Translations under genes and position numbers: made by a program | Origin: Trypanosoma brucei | Taxonomy: Eukaryota | Reading direction: 5' to 3' | DNA length: 64,000 nt | Assembly: GCA_000002445.1 (NCBI GenBank) | Contig: CM000208.1 | Location: forward strand, 320,001-384,000 | Notes under the pieces: generated by a model | Databases searched by the model: none | Told to the model about the DNA's origin: nothing | Seen by the model: the letters and a program-made list of their open reading frames with translations, nothing else | Shown here: positions 29,287 to 39,513 of the stretch, one piece after another | Position numbering within the stretch: position 1 is the first letter of the stretch | Layout: the number at the start of each line of letters is the position of its first letter

Positions 29287-31539
29287 CTACGACAGGCGAG
29301 AGGCGCCAATGCCCTTCTTTCTTATCTTCAGCGTGCGTTTGTCCTCCGGATGATCATCTGAGGTCAAAGAATCGGGGACTACTGCACCAGTTCCATTCCT
29401 TGTTGCAGTGCCATGCAGACGTAGTTTCTGTGGTTTCATTTGTATTTCTTCCCCCCAAGACTCCTCATCGTCCTCACGCACAGACGGCGACGATTGTGAA
29501 CCCCACACTTTCTGTGGGAATGGGGACGCTTTCGACGCTGCTGGTATGGAGTTTTCCATCCCCCCCTTTGTGGTGGATTCCAATTGAATGACACTACTGC
29601 TACCACTGCTCCCCCAACCTTTTGTATCCAACGCCGCGTTACTGCCCTTTACCTCATTTCCGGCCCCGTTTGTATTGTTGTTAACAACCCCAGCAGGGGG
29701 AATGACATTACCTTCATTCGCTGTACTCGACGATATTTCCCTGTGGTTCGCATCTAAGCGGGAAACGGCGGCATGTATGACGTCCAAGGCCACTGCTCGC
29801 ACCTCTGCCACTTTATCCATGGAAAGCGGGGAAACACCTGGAATCACCAACTCTGCGATATCTTGCGCGGTGAAGTGCTTCAATGTTGTGTGAAAAGAAC
29901 GAAGGGCCGCGGTACGGCTGGGAGCAAAAGGATCCTTCAACATCCTACCAAACCTTTGGGCGAACAGTTTTGACCTATACTCCGCTGGAATGGTGTCAGC
30001 AATCAAACAAAGGGCGATGGTGGCATTCGTGCGAATAGGGCCCTCAGAGTCCTGCTGCAACTGGGCAATATACTTTGGAACATCATTTACGATCCTTTTT
30101 TCCGTCAGCAAAGGCGCGATAGGAACGAGGGCCCTAGCACTGTGCTCTCGAATAGCCGCTATCGGACTCTCAAAACCTGAAGCATATTCGCTCCACACCT
30201 CACCATCGACGACGGCAGGCGGCATTTGCGGAAGCAGCTCTGCTGCGTGTTGAAGGATCCGCAACCTAACCATTCTCTCCTTAGAGCGAAACAAAGCTAC
30301 AATAACCGGGGAGACATGAGTCGCATATTCCTCCGGTGACGGCATCCGAGCCGCTATCTTCACCACCGTATCCACGACACCAGGTAATATCCCGAAAGTA
30401 AAGGAAGCCCGAAGTTTCTGGAGCACCAGGTGCTTACAAGCATCCCTGGGAAATGTGTGGACGACGTTCGCGAGGTGTTCCATGAACCGCTCTCGCTCCG
30501 CAGCATCCTTTAGGGAATAGTCATCTAGCATTTGCATAGATTGGACGTAGTCACTTGAGATGATGAAATCGCTTGTTCGCAGGAATCGATCTACATCATG
30601 TCTCATTTTCGGATTAACTGCGCAAAGCCCGCTGAAGCCACTTTGCAGAGTCCGTGGAAGTGTTCGACAGCTACGCAGATCTTCTGTACTACAAGACTGT
30701 GACAACTTGCCTGAGGTCTGATCGTTCACTCCCAGAACTTCGTATATGAGACAGGCCAATCCCCACGAATCGATAGCGCACGTTTTCCCACCGCTCTCAT
30801 AGTTCGTGTGCTGCGTTTCTGGCGGACGGCGGTACGCCGGAAGTAACGAACAATATGAAAGATATGAACTTCCAACGTCATCAAAACCGCTAACAAGCTC
30901 AAGACCAAAGAGCCTCCACTCGCCGGTCGAGATAACAAACACGGAGTCACGCCCTACGTTTCCGTGAATCAACTTATTCTTGTGAAGTGCACTCACGGCG
31001 GATCCAACGGCCTTCAGCCCCAATGCAACAATGTCATTAAAGGCTTCACCCTCATCATCGTCATCACCAGACGTGGCTAAGGGACTCCCCATTTGTCCAC
31101 ATTTCATTTTACTCAGTGGTTCACAAGGCTCGGTGGCAAGATACACCGTGTCTCGGTGTTCAGCAGCCCCATAGCAACGCAATATACCAGGAAGAAGCAA
31201 GCTCTTAGCCCTCTTCATTGCATGGCGTACTAACTCCCTTTTCCGTGGCTCCATATCTGCCAAATTCACGGAAAATATTGTGACGGATCGCTTGCTTTCA
31301 TCACATTCACCCTGCCGCATGGTCCATGTGATGGTCGGAGTGTCAGCAGTAGTGGTGCTGGAACCACTGCACGGAGTGTAGGGGAATCCTGGTATGGATT
31401 CCGTGAAACCAATCGCCCTCAGGAGGAAGGCCATATATTTTTTTTTTGAGAAGGGTAATGTTTCTCCGCTTTTCCACGGAGCCGCTTTTCTAATATTTAA
31501 AGTACTACAGCAAAAATAACAGCAAACCTTCTTAACCAC
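29287..31539 (-). CDS. SCY1-like pseudokinase (N-terminal kinase-like protein) with C-terminal HEAT repeats. The real start is probably the internal Met at MAFLLRAIGF.
   Basis: 750-aa ORF. It has a kinase-like fold but the catalytic loop is KLIHGNVGRDSVFV rather than HRD, as in SCYL1. HEAT-like repeats follow, then a Ser/Gly/Asn-rich tail. Confidence 0.6.
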   Translation of the reverse strand: MVKKVCCYFCCSTLNIRKAAPWKSGETLPFSKKKYMAFLLRAIGFTESIPGFPYTPCSGSSTTTADTPTITWTMRQGECDESKRSVTIFSVNLADMEPRKRELVRHAMKRAKSLLLPGILRCYGAAEHRDTVYLATEPCEPLSKMKCGQMGSPLATSGDDDDEGEAFNDIVALGLKAVGSAVSALHKNKLIHGNVGRDSVFVISTGEWRLFGLELVSGFDDVGSSYLSYCSLLPAYRRPPETQHTNYESGGKTCAIDSWGLACLIYEVLGVNDQTSGKLSQSCSTEDLRSCRTLPRTLQSGFSGLCAVNPKMRHDVDRFLRTSDFIISSDYVQSMQMLDDYSLKDAAERERFMEHLANVVHTFPRDACKHLVLQKLRASFTFGILPGVVDTVVKIAARMPSPEEYATHVSPVIVALFRSKERMVRLRILQHAAELLPQMPPAVVDGEVWSEYASGFESPIAAIREHSARALVPIAPLLTEKRIVNDVPKYIAQLQQDSEGPIRTNATIALCLIADTIPAEYRSKLFAQRFGRMLKDPFAPSRTAALRSFHTTLKHFTAQDIAELVIPGVSPLSMDKVAEVRAVALDVIHAAVSRLDANHREISSSTANEGNVIPPAGVVNNNTNGAGNEVKGSNAALDTKGWGSSGSSSVIQLESTTKGGMENSIPAASKASPFPQKVWGSQSSPSVREDDEESWGEEIQMKPQKLRLHGTATRNGTGAVVPDSLTSDDHPEDKRTLKIRKKGIGASRLS

Positions 31540-31793
31540 CTTCAGTTAACGGGGAAAAAGTGAATAAGAAGCTCAATAGAAACTTTTAAGGGGATGTGGA
31601 AGTCACCGAGGAAAACGAGTTAAAAAATGTGAGTTCATCTGCCAACCTAATGGCAAGACAGGGAATGAAGCGTAAAGGAGTGGATGAGAAGTCGACTCAC
31701 GGACGTGCGATTCGACTGTAATCGGTAAACATATCATCTATAATACTTTTCTCTCTATGGAACTTTCTGTGCAGAGTTTTCCTCTCCGACTTT

Positions 31794-33617
31794 CTAGTTT
31801 GTCGGTTCCGCCTGCTGAGGCGATTTGGGGTTTCCACGGCTGTTGACACGCTTCTGCTGCAGAAGTTTTCTACTAATCGCCAGTTGTTCCTCCATAATGG
31901 CCGCCACATTTCTATACCTCATGACAAATGCCTTCTTTTCATTAAGCCTATTGAGGAGGGCGCTCAGAGCAGCATCGCCAGTTGACAGGGCTTTCCGAAG
32001 TTTCTCCATGGCACGCATCCTTTCAAAGGCTTCTTCACCTTTTCCCTTCCGCAATTTTTCTAGTTTCTCCTCATACTTTTTGATAGCCCGCTGGTGAGTC
32101 TCCACGACATTTTTTTCGTTGTCCAGCATTCCAGGAATAGACGCTGGCCACACAAAACCCTCTTTCATAACAACTTCAACGTCTTCCCTACTCCCCTCGG
32201 GGGCCAGAGAGAGGCTCGTGTCCTGATTTGAATTAACGAAGCTATTCTCATGGCTACTGTCAGTAAGGTAACTACTATTGTTACTCCCAGTACCGTACGC
32301 TATCTTAAAAGTGCCGGCCGGAGCAACCACCTCAAGCGCATCCTCAGACTCCTTCAACGTCCATGATTCTTCATCCATCGACGTTTTCAGACACAACAAC
32401 CGGTCCGCATTGGCACACAGGCGCTGCCGTTGACCCGAGTAATAAGACAACGTCTCCAGCTCGCGCCATATGCACTCCCTAATAGACTGCATCTCTGCCC
32501 TTAATTCAGCGCTGATGACCCACCACCACGGCACCTCAAAACCGTCAGTACATTCTCCACCATTTTGCTTAGCAGCTGTCGCCGTTGCGCCTTCACATCC
32601 AGCAAGACCGCCATCCGCACTTGAAGCGGGTGCGGTATCACTCTTTGCTTTGTATGCTACTAGACTTTGTTGTAACTGACTGACATACTGTTTCAGTGTC
32701 GCGGCGTCAAACTGATCTCCATGATTTTTCCCCTCATTTTCCCCCTCTTGCAGCTGCTGACTTCCACATGTCTCGTTCCGAGAGGTGCAGGCACCAACCA
32801 GGTTTTGACGGACAGCCTGTAACCGGTCAGTGACGCTGTTCAACCACTCAACTTCCATGTCGAGCTCCACAAACTGCCCACGCAGCTCCCCTACCGCCTC
32901 TTCAAAATTGTCACGGTAGTCCATATCTCCGTGACGGGACTGAGGCATCTTCCGGAGCTTTCCTCTTCGTCCGATGGTCTCCTCAGGAAGCTTGCGGGCT
33001 GACAGGACACAAGCAGCGTCACGAAGTTCATTACCCGTGGTTGTTCTGTCACCTTTCCGGATTACTTCAGTCTCAGCGCCGCCACTTCCGTCAGGCATTT
33101 CCCGCTCACTCTCGTCTGGGAGACAACGCACTCGCGTAAATAAGACATTACATTCCGCGTCATCAGCGGTGTTCGCCACTTCTGATTCCCCTGAAACGTG
33201 GAAGTCCAGGCTGATACGATCGCACCCCGGCCGCTTGAGGTTTCCGTGATTCCTCACAGCTCTCTGTGCTGGTGGTTCAGCGTCAGTCACCACACTGCCT
33301 CCTTCCATGAAAAATTCGGGGCATCCATCGGTTTTCGTAACGCTCTCGTTTTCATTTTCAAGAGGGCAACCCACACTAACTCCGGAACTTTCACCGTTGC
33401 CAGCTTTTACATCTTTCTTTTTTACGGTGTAAGCTAATGGAAACAACCCCATACGTTCGCCAAGTTTCAAAACGGCCCAACCTCCAACCTGACGAACAAC
33501 CTGCACCTCCTCTCCCGCCTTTGCCTGCAGGCAGAGATTGGCATACTTAGCTTCGGGTGGTGGGGTGTACGGAAAGGCCACAACCCGATTGGACAAGTTC
33601 ATCCGCCTGATACTCAA
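31794..33617 (-). CDS. SH3-domain protein with a long coiled-coil region
   Basis: 607-aa ORF. The N-terminal VAFPYTPPPEAKYANLCLQAKAGEEVQVVRQVGGWAVLKLGERMGLFPLAYTV fits the SH3 pattern (ALYDY...GE.v.vv...gWw...G.FP.nYV). The remainder is E/Q/K/L-rich. Confidence 0.45.
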   Translation of the reverse strand: MSIRRMNLSNRVVAFPYTPPPEAKYANLCLQAKAGEEVQVVRQVGGWAVLKLGERMGLFPLAYTVKKKDVKAGNGESSGVSVGCPLENENESVTKTDGCPEFFMEGGSVVTDAEPPAQRAVRNHGNLKRPGCDRISLDFHVSGESEVANTADDAECNVLFTRVRCLPDESEREMPDGSGGAETEVIRKGDRTTTGNELRDAACVLSARKLPEETIGRRGKLRKMPQSRHGDMDYRDNFEEAVGELRGQFVELDMEVEWLNSVTDRLQAVRQNLVGACTSRNETCGSQQLQEGENEGKNHGDQFDAATLKQYVSQLQQSLVAYKAKSDTAPASSADGGLAGCEGATATAAKQNGGECTDGFEVPWWWVISAELRAEMQSIRECIWRELETLSYYSGQRQRLCANADRLLCLKTSMDEESWTLKESEDALEVVAPAGTFKIAYGTGSNNSSYLTDSSHENSFVNSNQDTSLSLAPEGSREDVEVVMKEGFVWPASIPGMLDNEKNVVETHQRAIKKYEEKLEKLRKGKGEEAFERMRAMEKLRKALSTGDAALSALLNRLNEKKAFVMRYRNVAAIMEEQLAISRKLLQQKRVNSRGNPKSPQQAEPTN

Positions 33618-34112
33618 CCCTCCTCCACGAAAAAAAGGAATGCAAGTAAAGAGAACACCGACAAGAATTTAGGCTGCCGGTACCTCCCGCCACTTTTTCT
33701 GTTTCAGTGTTTCCCGGTTCTCCTTTTTTTTTCGTAGGGAGTAGCCCCTATGGATTCGAACCAATAACACCAGTGTGGTTTGTCCACGCGTACGCCCTTG
33801 CCTCATAACGTTGACAGGGGGGAAAAGGTAGGAAGCATATTATAAACTACAGGCACTGGGGGTTGCAAAGGAAACACGCAAGTTATGTGCAGGGTTTGAG
33901 TGAGGCATTGGCATTGTGTTTTGGGGGCGGTGCTGCTGTCCGCCCATGTTGCACGTTATCCCGCCAGCACATACCCATTCTGCTGCCACACATTGCGAAC
34001 AGAGACAACAATAATATATTACCATTACGCGAATCTTATACACCAAGCGCTTCGGTTACAATTACCACCTTCTCCCCTCTAGCGCAAATAATCGGTAGAA
34101 CGTATAAAAGGA

Positions 34113-35738
34113 TCATTTCGCTGGTGCCACTTTGTTATCCACCCGACTGTCCACTGGCCGTTCCTCCCCACATGCGCAGACCACCTTTTCCCGATAGTTT
34201 TGCCGCTGGCAATTGAAACAATACCAATCGCCTCGTGACCAAAAGGAGAGAACGTCCGAGCGGATGCCATCGGCTGCGGGAAGAAAGCACACTTGGCAGC
34301 GCGTGTCCTCACGTTTATTCACCTTGTGGCAGGCACATCGCCAGTACTGTCCGTCATTAACCGGCTGGTGGTGCCACTTCTGCCCGCAGCGTTCGCACTT
34401 GGCCGTTCCATGTGAAATACGAGCAAATTTTACACTTGCGTCCTTCGCAACGGAGGCGTCAGTGAAACTCCCACTGGTCCCCAGGTTGGTACCGCCATTG
34501 GGGCAGCTCTTGCTATTATTTTTGCAGCTGCGATCCAGAGCTACAACGTGTCGCGAGGATTTATTGACATGATTGCATGACTCACAGAACCAATTCGTCG
34601 CACTAGCAAAGTCCCAGACCCGCACAAGTTCTTCCAACGTCGACTGATGAGCGAATCGACGAGGGATGCGACATCGAGTACATGACACCAGTGAGGCGTT
34701 GCATACAACACCACACCCGCACAGCCACGCATCGCTGCGAGTAGATGCAGTTGCACCATGCAGCGGAACTCTGCAACGATTGCAGCGTTGTTCCGGAGCG
34801 AGTCGGGGGAAACAGTTGTGCAAACCGAAGGGACGCGCAACATGGATGCGGTCTGCAGGTTCGGAGCCGTACAACTGGGAGTTGCTCAGTTTCTGTTGCC
34901 CTCCACAATTCCAGCAGGACACAGAGAGGTCAAAGCGACCAGTCTCGCAGTTCCTGCAAATAGACGACTGAAGGGCATTTGACTCGCTACATACAAAGCA
35001 CCGCCACCGAGCAACTCGGTTACGTGTTACAATTACGGAGCCCACAGGGGAACGCTGTATCTCGTCCGCTACGCGTTCATGCTGGGCAACGTGAAGTTCT
35101 GTCTGCGCCTCCCGTGCTAGATTACAGCAGCGACACACCGCATCCCTTTCGAAGTTGAACTCGTGACAACGACTACAGAACCATGTAGTGGGATTGCCGC
35201 GCCAGCGAGCCACCGCCGTCGCCGCGTCATGACGCACGGTGTGACAAGAGTCACAAACAGATCGAGAGCGATATGGCATACAATGCAAACACGAACCACA
35301 TACCCAACCACCCGCTTCAAGAGCACCAGCACCTTCTTCGGTTGTTGACTCTACGCGACGAACTTCAGATTTCTGCTCTTCAGTCAACCGCTGGGGCTGG
35401 AGACAAGAAAGGTGCGTAGTAGAGGAAACTGATGGCAGGTTACCGGAGTCTTCGTCGATGCCTGTTAGAACCGCTGCTTGCTGCTCGTGAGCCCGGCGAA
35501 TATCGTGGCCGCCCATTGGTGCGCGTGTGTTGAACTCAATTTCGTCCACAGGCCATGGTGGTAAATCGTCCGCAGGGGTAATTTCTCCCTTTCCATCCGT
35601 ACGAGAAGTTAGGCCTTCTGTTTTTCGCCAAATGCCTTCCCGACTAAGATGCAAGGGCGGTGGGGGCTTTATGCCTAAGACCTGCCGGTATCGAAGCAGA
35701 GGGAATACGTTGGACGCGATATTAAGCCATCGCCGCAT
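34113..35738 (-). CDS. Protein with at least five RanBP2-type zinc fingers
   Basis: 541-aa ORF with repeated W-x-C-x2-C-x3-N-x6-C-x2-C modules. Examples are WRCFVCSESNALQSSICRNC, WFCSRCHEFNFERDAVCRCC, WYCFNCQRQNYREKVVCAC, WRCACHKVNKREDTRCQVC and WFCESCNHVNK. Confidence 0.55.
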   Translation of the reverse strand: MRRWLNIASNVFPLLRYRQVLGIKPPPPLHLSREGIWRKTEGLTSRTDGKGEITPADDLPPWPVDEIEFNTRAPMGGHDIRRAHEQQAAVLTGIDEDSGNLPSVSSTTHLSCLQPQRLTEEQKSEVRRVESTTEEGAGALEAGGWVCGSCLHCMPYRSRSVCDSCHTVRHDAATAVARWRGNPTTWFCSRCHEFNFERDAVCRCCNLAREAQTELHVAQHERVADEIQRSPVGSVIVTRNRVARWRCFVCSESNALQSSICRNCETGRFDLSVSCWNCGGQQKLSNSQLYGSEPADRIHVARPFGLHNCFPRLAPEQRCNRCRVPLHGATASTRSDAWLCGCGVVCNASLVSCTRCRIPRRFAHQSTLEELVRVWDFASATNWFCESCNHVNKSSRHVVALDRSCKNNSKSCPNGGTNLGTSGSFTDASVAKDASVKFARISHGTAKCERCGQKWHHQPVNDGQYWRCACHKVNKREDTRCQVCFLPAADGIRSDVLSFWSRGDWYCFNCQRQNYREKVVCACGEERPVDSRVDNKVAPAK

Positions 35739-36357
35739 GTGACCACCTCACCTCTACCTCCCTGTTCTTTCTCTGTCAGGTTCACCTAACCTAACTTAGT
35801 TCTAGGATTCCGACACGAATTAACGCTCGACATTGTTCAAGTGATGACAACAGAAATAAAGTAAGGGATAAGGGGGGGAATAGACGTACAATGCGAATAG
35901 GTGCCAAGATCTATAAAAAAAAAAAAGCCGATGACGAATAAAAATCAGGTAGATGAAGCCATGGTAACGGAAGAAAAAGTGGTCACTTCAGATCATGAAC
36001 GGTAAACCGTCCCTGAAGTAGTTTAGTCCTCTCCACTTTTATGACGCTCACTGTCATATCACTCTTAATTCCGTCCCTCGCTTTACCCTTTTCCTTCTTT
36101 ACGAAGCATATCCCTCCAAAAGACGCCAATGTCATCACGTGAGTAGACACATGGTTGAAGAAATTGCAGCTCTGTTTGTATCTGTAAAAGAATTAAGAAA
36201 GAGGTGTATGTGTGCTGGGAGTGTAAAATGAGGGTTTAAACTCTATGCGATGGGGTCCTGTTACGAGACCCCTGGTGAGTTAGAACTCAAAAGAAGACAG
36301 AGAAGCAAGTCTAAAATATGCGAAGGTAAACACCTAGCTTCGTGGGAACGGGTAAAA

Positions 36358-36374
36358 CAACAACAACAACAACC
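36358..36374. repeat. (CAA)5 microsatellite
   Basis: caacaacaacaacaacc. Confidence 0.7.
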
Positions 36375-36835
36375 GAAAACACATCATTCGCGCACTCACC
36401 TCCCCTAATAACCTTTGCCTCTCCCTAAGCAAACTACACCACCCAATGGCACTTCTATACCGTCCACCAAAACCGGTGTCACTCCACGATGGAAAAATGA
36501 ACCAAAGCTAACGAAAATGTGTCTATGTATCTATGCAAACATGTGGTCGCTCTTATGTTGCTGAATAAATTGGTCTGCGATGATGCGGCACCTCGATTGG
36601 CTGATTACCTGCAGCCGATCGGTCCACTTGATAAATTCGCTCCGCGAAAAGATGAATAGGGTAAGAAAAACAGAAAAGAGGAACGAAAAGAAGCAACTCC
36701 CTAAAATGTACGCTGGTATATGGATATACACGGATATATTCTCTAATCTTATTCTATAGTTGCACGGAGACCTTTTGCAGCATGTGCCGAAGCTACGCTG
36801 CAATGAGGATTACCTTTCTTCAATTGTATTTTGCA

Positions 36836-38788
36836 TCACGAAACCCTAGTGACAAATCGGCTGTCGTCTGTGCAGTGGACCAATTCCTCTCCATCGATCC
36901 AGTGTTTGGTAGCCGGATACTTCGAGTCACGTGGCGGTGAATACGAGAGCCTACGCGGCAGCAGTGACGTGTTGGGCGTACCGTCTGTGAGTGGAGTCCT
37001 GTTTTGCCATATTTGACTCCATGGTGAAGCGCTGCCACTCTGTGCCTCCTTTTCGTCCACCCTGAGCTCGTTATCCTCCCTCATTTTGGGGGACGTGAGG
37101 GGAATAGGATTTTTAATGCGAGTGAAAGCCTTGTACTTTCTCTGCTGTTGCTGTCTTCGTTCATCCTGCTTTTGCACCATATCCCGCAACATATTCAACA
37201 AGTCGTTCGTTGTACGGCCTTGAGGGTTGCTGCTAGCAGTCGATTCCGGCATGGGCCACTGCCTCGCCACGTTGACAGCGTCCGCACCGTCCGGAGAGTC
37301 ACGGAGCGTTTTGTTGCTCATGTCTCCCCCGTTTGTGTCTTCTGCAGTTAAATAATCCCTTTGCAATGGTTGGCGATGCAGGACCGAGGGGTCACTTACT
37401 CTTATCCTCGGCTTGTCATCCGTAACAACGCTGTAAGCACTCGCGTCCGACTCATCCTCAGGAGTTAGGTCAGATACCTCCACATGAACCGTTTTCCCCT
37501 GATCCGGCTTGTCAGTTAGCGGGGTAGACAAACGAGGAACCCGCGGGTCTACAGAATCGTGGAGTGGAACGGGAGGTGACAGCCTTCGCCTTTCCTTCTG
37601 TCTTTGTTGCTCCATCACGTGGGACAAGAAGGCAGCGCTGACAGTTTCATCCATCACACATGAAGCAACGGCACCAACGGATGCTGAAAGCGTGGAACAG
37701 TTAATGAAATCAACAGTGTCTACTGCGGTGTCACCCGCTCCCGGATCCATCATAGATAAATGAGGGGTGAATGTTTCGGCACTATCCACATACTCTCGCC
37801 GATCCCTCTGTTGTCCTGACTCTTGTTGCAACTGCCGGTGTTGCTGCATGGGAGGGTCATGTTCCACCCCTCGGGCCTCATCTTTCATGCAGGCTGCTGT
37901 GTCCAAACCATCGGTACCATCACCCGACACGGGTTTACCTCCAGAAGGGCAATGCTGGGGGCCGTATTTGCAGTCGTGGTTTGTGGTTGCATCCCCTGCG
38001 GATATTTCACCAGCAGCGGACGTGCCCGTGAGTGAACACGGGTCAATTCGCCGAGTTTGTGTGACCTCGACATGGACAGGAGTGGCGATGGACAAGCTGC
38101 TCTCGCTTCCGGGTTGCAACTCCCTCCTGCTCGTTCGGCTGCAACATTTAGAGCGTTGAGGCGGAGGGGAAGACGAGTGGACCATGCTGCACGGTGCCGA
38201 TACGGAAAGGGAAAATCTTCCCTGCGGCCAGTGTAGTGCGCCAATATCACAGGTCTCGGTGCCTCCGACACTATTAAGCGTATTACATTCCCCAGATACT
38301 TCCGCACTGATCTCCGTAGCCCCGTCATCCACAACCATGGAAATTTGGCTGATTTCTCGCGCTGGCGATAACATTCCTCCACTCATCGAAGAGCGCACGG
38401 ATTCCGCAGACAAACTGGCTTCCACAGCTTCTCCCACAGCAGATGAGGAATCGTTTCCTCGGGGCTCCGACTTTTCGCTCGGTTGGGCGGGTAGGGTCTC
38501 AGAGGATCGACGAATGCTCAGCGGAACAGAGGTAAGAGAGAGATCGTCCGCCCTCTCTGGTGCCGCTTCCTTACCAGAGCATGAAGTGAATTTCTCACAG
38601 TCCACACCATCGGAACAATTGCCGTCATTTACTATCGCAGGCACGCGAGGCCCACTGCTAGACCGCCCTGCGGAGCCATTGTCTTCCCTGTCAGGTGCAG
38701 TTACCGTTTCTGCCGGTTTCTCTTTCTTCACCTGTTTGTCCTCGGCCACATCGCCTTCTCGAGAGCATTTGGTGCACGCGGCTCCCAT
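36836..38788 (-). CDS. Ser-rich low-complexity protein with an N-terminal dual-acylation motif (MGAACTKCS)
   Basis: 650-aa ORF. Gly2 with Thr6 fits the N-myristoylation consensus, and Cys5 and Cys8 are palmitoylation candidates. The rest is S/D/P-rich and predicted to be disordered. Confidence 0.4.
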   Translation of the reverse strand: MGAACTKCSREGDVAEDKQVKKEKPAETVTAPDREDNGSAGRSSSGPRVPAIVNDGNCSDGVDCEKFTSCSGKEAAPERADDLSLTSVPLSIRRSSETLPAQPSEKSEPRGNDSSSAVGEAVEASLSAESVRSSMSGGMLSPAREISQISMVVDDGATEISAEVSGECNTLNSVGGTETCDIGALHWPQGRFSLSVSAPCSMVHSSSPPPQRSKCCSRTSRRELQPGSESSLSIATPVHVEVTQTRRIDPCSLTGTSAAGEISAGDATTNHDCKYGPQHCPSGGKPVSGDGTDGLDTAACMKDEARGVEHDPPMQQHRQLQQESGQQRDRREYVDSAETFTPHLSMMDPGAGDTAVDTVDFINCSTLSASVGAVASCVMDETVSAAFLSHVMEQQRQKERRRLSPPVPLHDSVDPRVPRLSTPLTDKPDQGKTVHVEVSDLTPEDESDASAYSVVTDDKPRIRVSDPSVLHRQPLQRDYLTAEDTNGGDMSNKTLRDSPDGADAVNVARQWPMPESTASSNPQGRTTNDLLNMLRDMVQKQDERRQQQQRKYKAFTRIKNPIPLTSPKMREDNELRVDEKEAQSGSASPWSQIWQNRTPLTDGTPNTSLLPRRLSYSPPRDSKYPATKHWIDGEELVHCTDDSRFVTRVS

Positions 38789-39513
38789 CCTTCACTCTAG
38801 TGCGAATCAATAGTCTGATTACTGCTTGGGTAAGACAAAAAGAGTAAAAACAAGTAGAATTACAGAAACATTCATTCAGTCCACGTGAACTTACAGAAAT
38901 AAAGGGAGGCATGCATTGACAAGCGAGTGAACAGCGGCCAAGGGGAAAACGGCACAAGCTTCCCCCATTGCACTTCGACTGCATCACCCCGAAGCGGAAC
39001 TGACTACCTCATCCGCGCGAACAGTAGCCCCACACGCGCCTGTACGTATGTAGCTCAAAGAAGGGCCAATCCATTCAGCCACATCGTGAGGAATACTAGC
39101 ACTCACTAGAAGTAACGGGGAGCGAAGGGAGAATGTATCGAGCGCAATAGAGGAAGCACGAGAAAATGTTGTGTAATTTATCCTTCTAGGTACCGCTCCA
39201 CCCACAAAATCCTCCTGGCACCGCGACCCAATAACCCCACAAACTGCTCCCTTCCTGCCATCCGCTGATGGGACTTCACACCATGCAGAGGGGGGCGCAC
39301 AAAAGGTCTCGGTGGGCAGTGAAGCACCCATACACTGGTTTACCACACAACAGCAACGATAAATCCAAACATAAATTCTAGCAATGAAACTGGGTAAGAG
39401 GATGTGGCGTCTCGGCGTCACACAGCCGTCACCATTCTGATACAGAGAAACGCCCAAACTGCAGGCTTCAACCAGGTGCGGCCACCGCTGCTATTACTTC
39501 TCTGCAGCAACAG

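Noticed and set aside
33736-33830. tRNA-like T-loop motif: tggattcgaacca on the plus strand, i.e. GGTTCGAATCC on the minus strand
   Set aside because: No complementary 5' acceptor strand could be found for any placement of the 3' acceptor. The T-stem has at most 3 bp. The site is inside a co-directional transcription unit rather than at a strand switch. It is probably a chance match or a tRNA-derived fragment.
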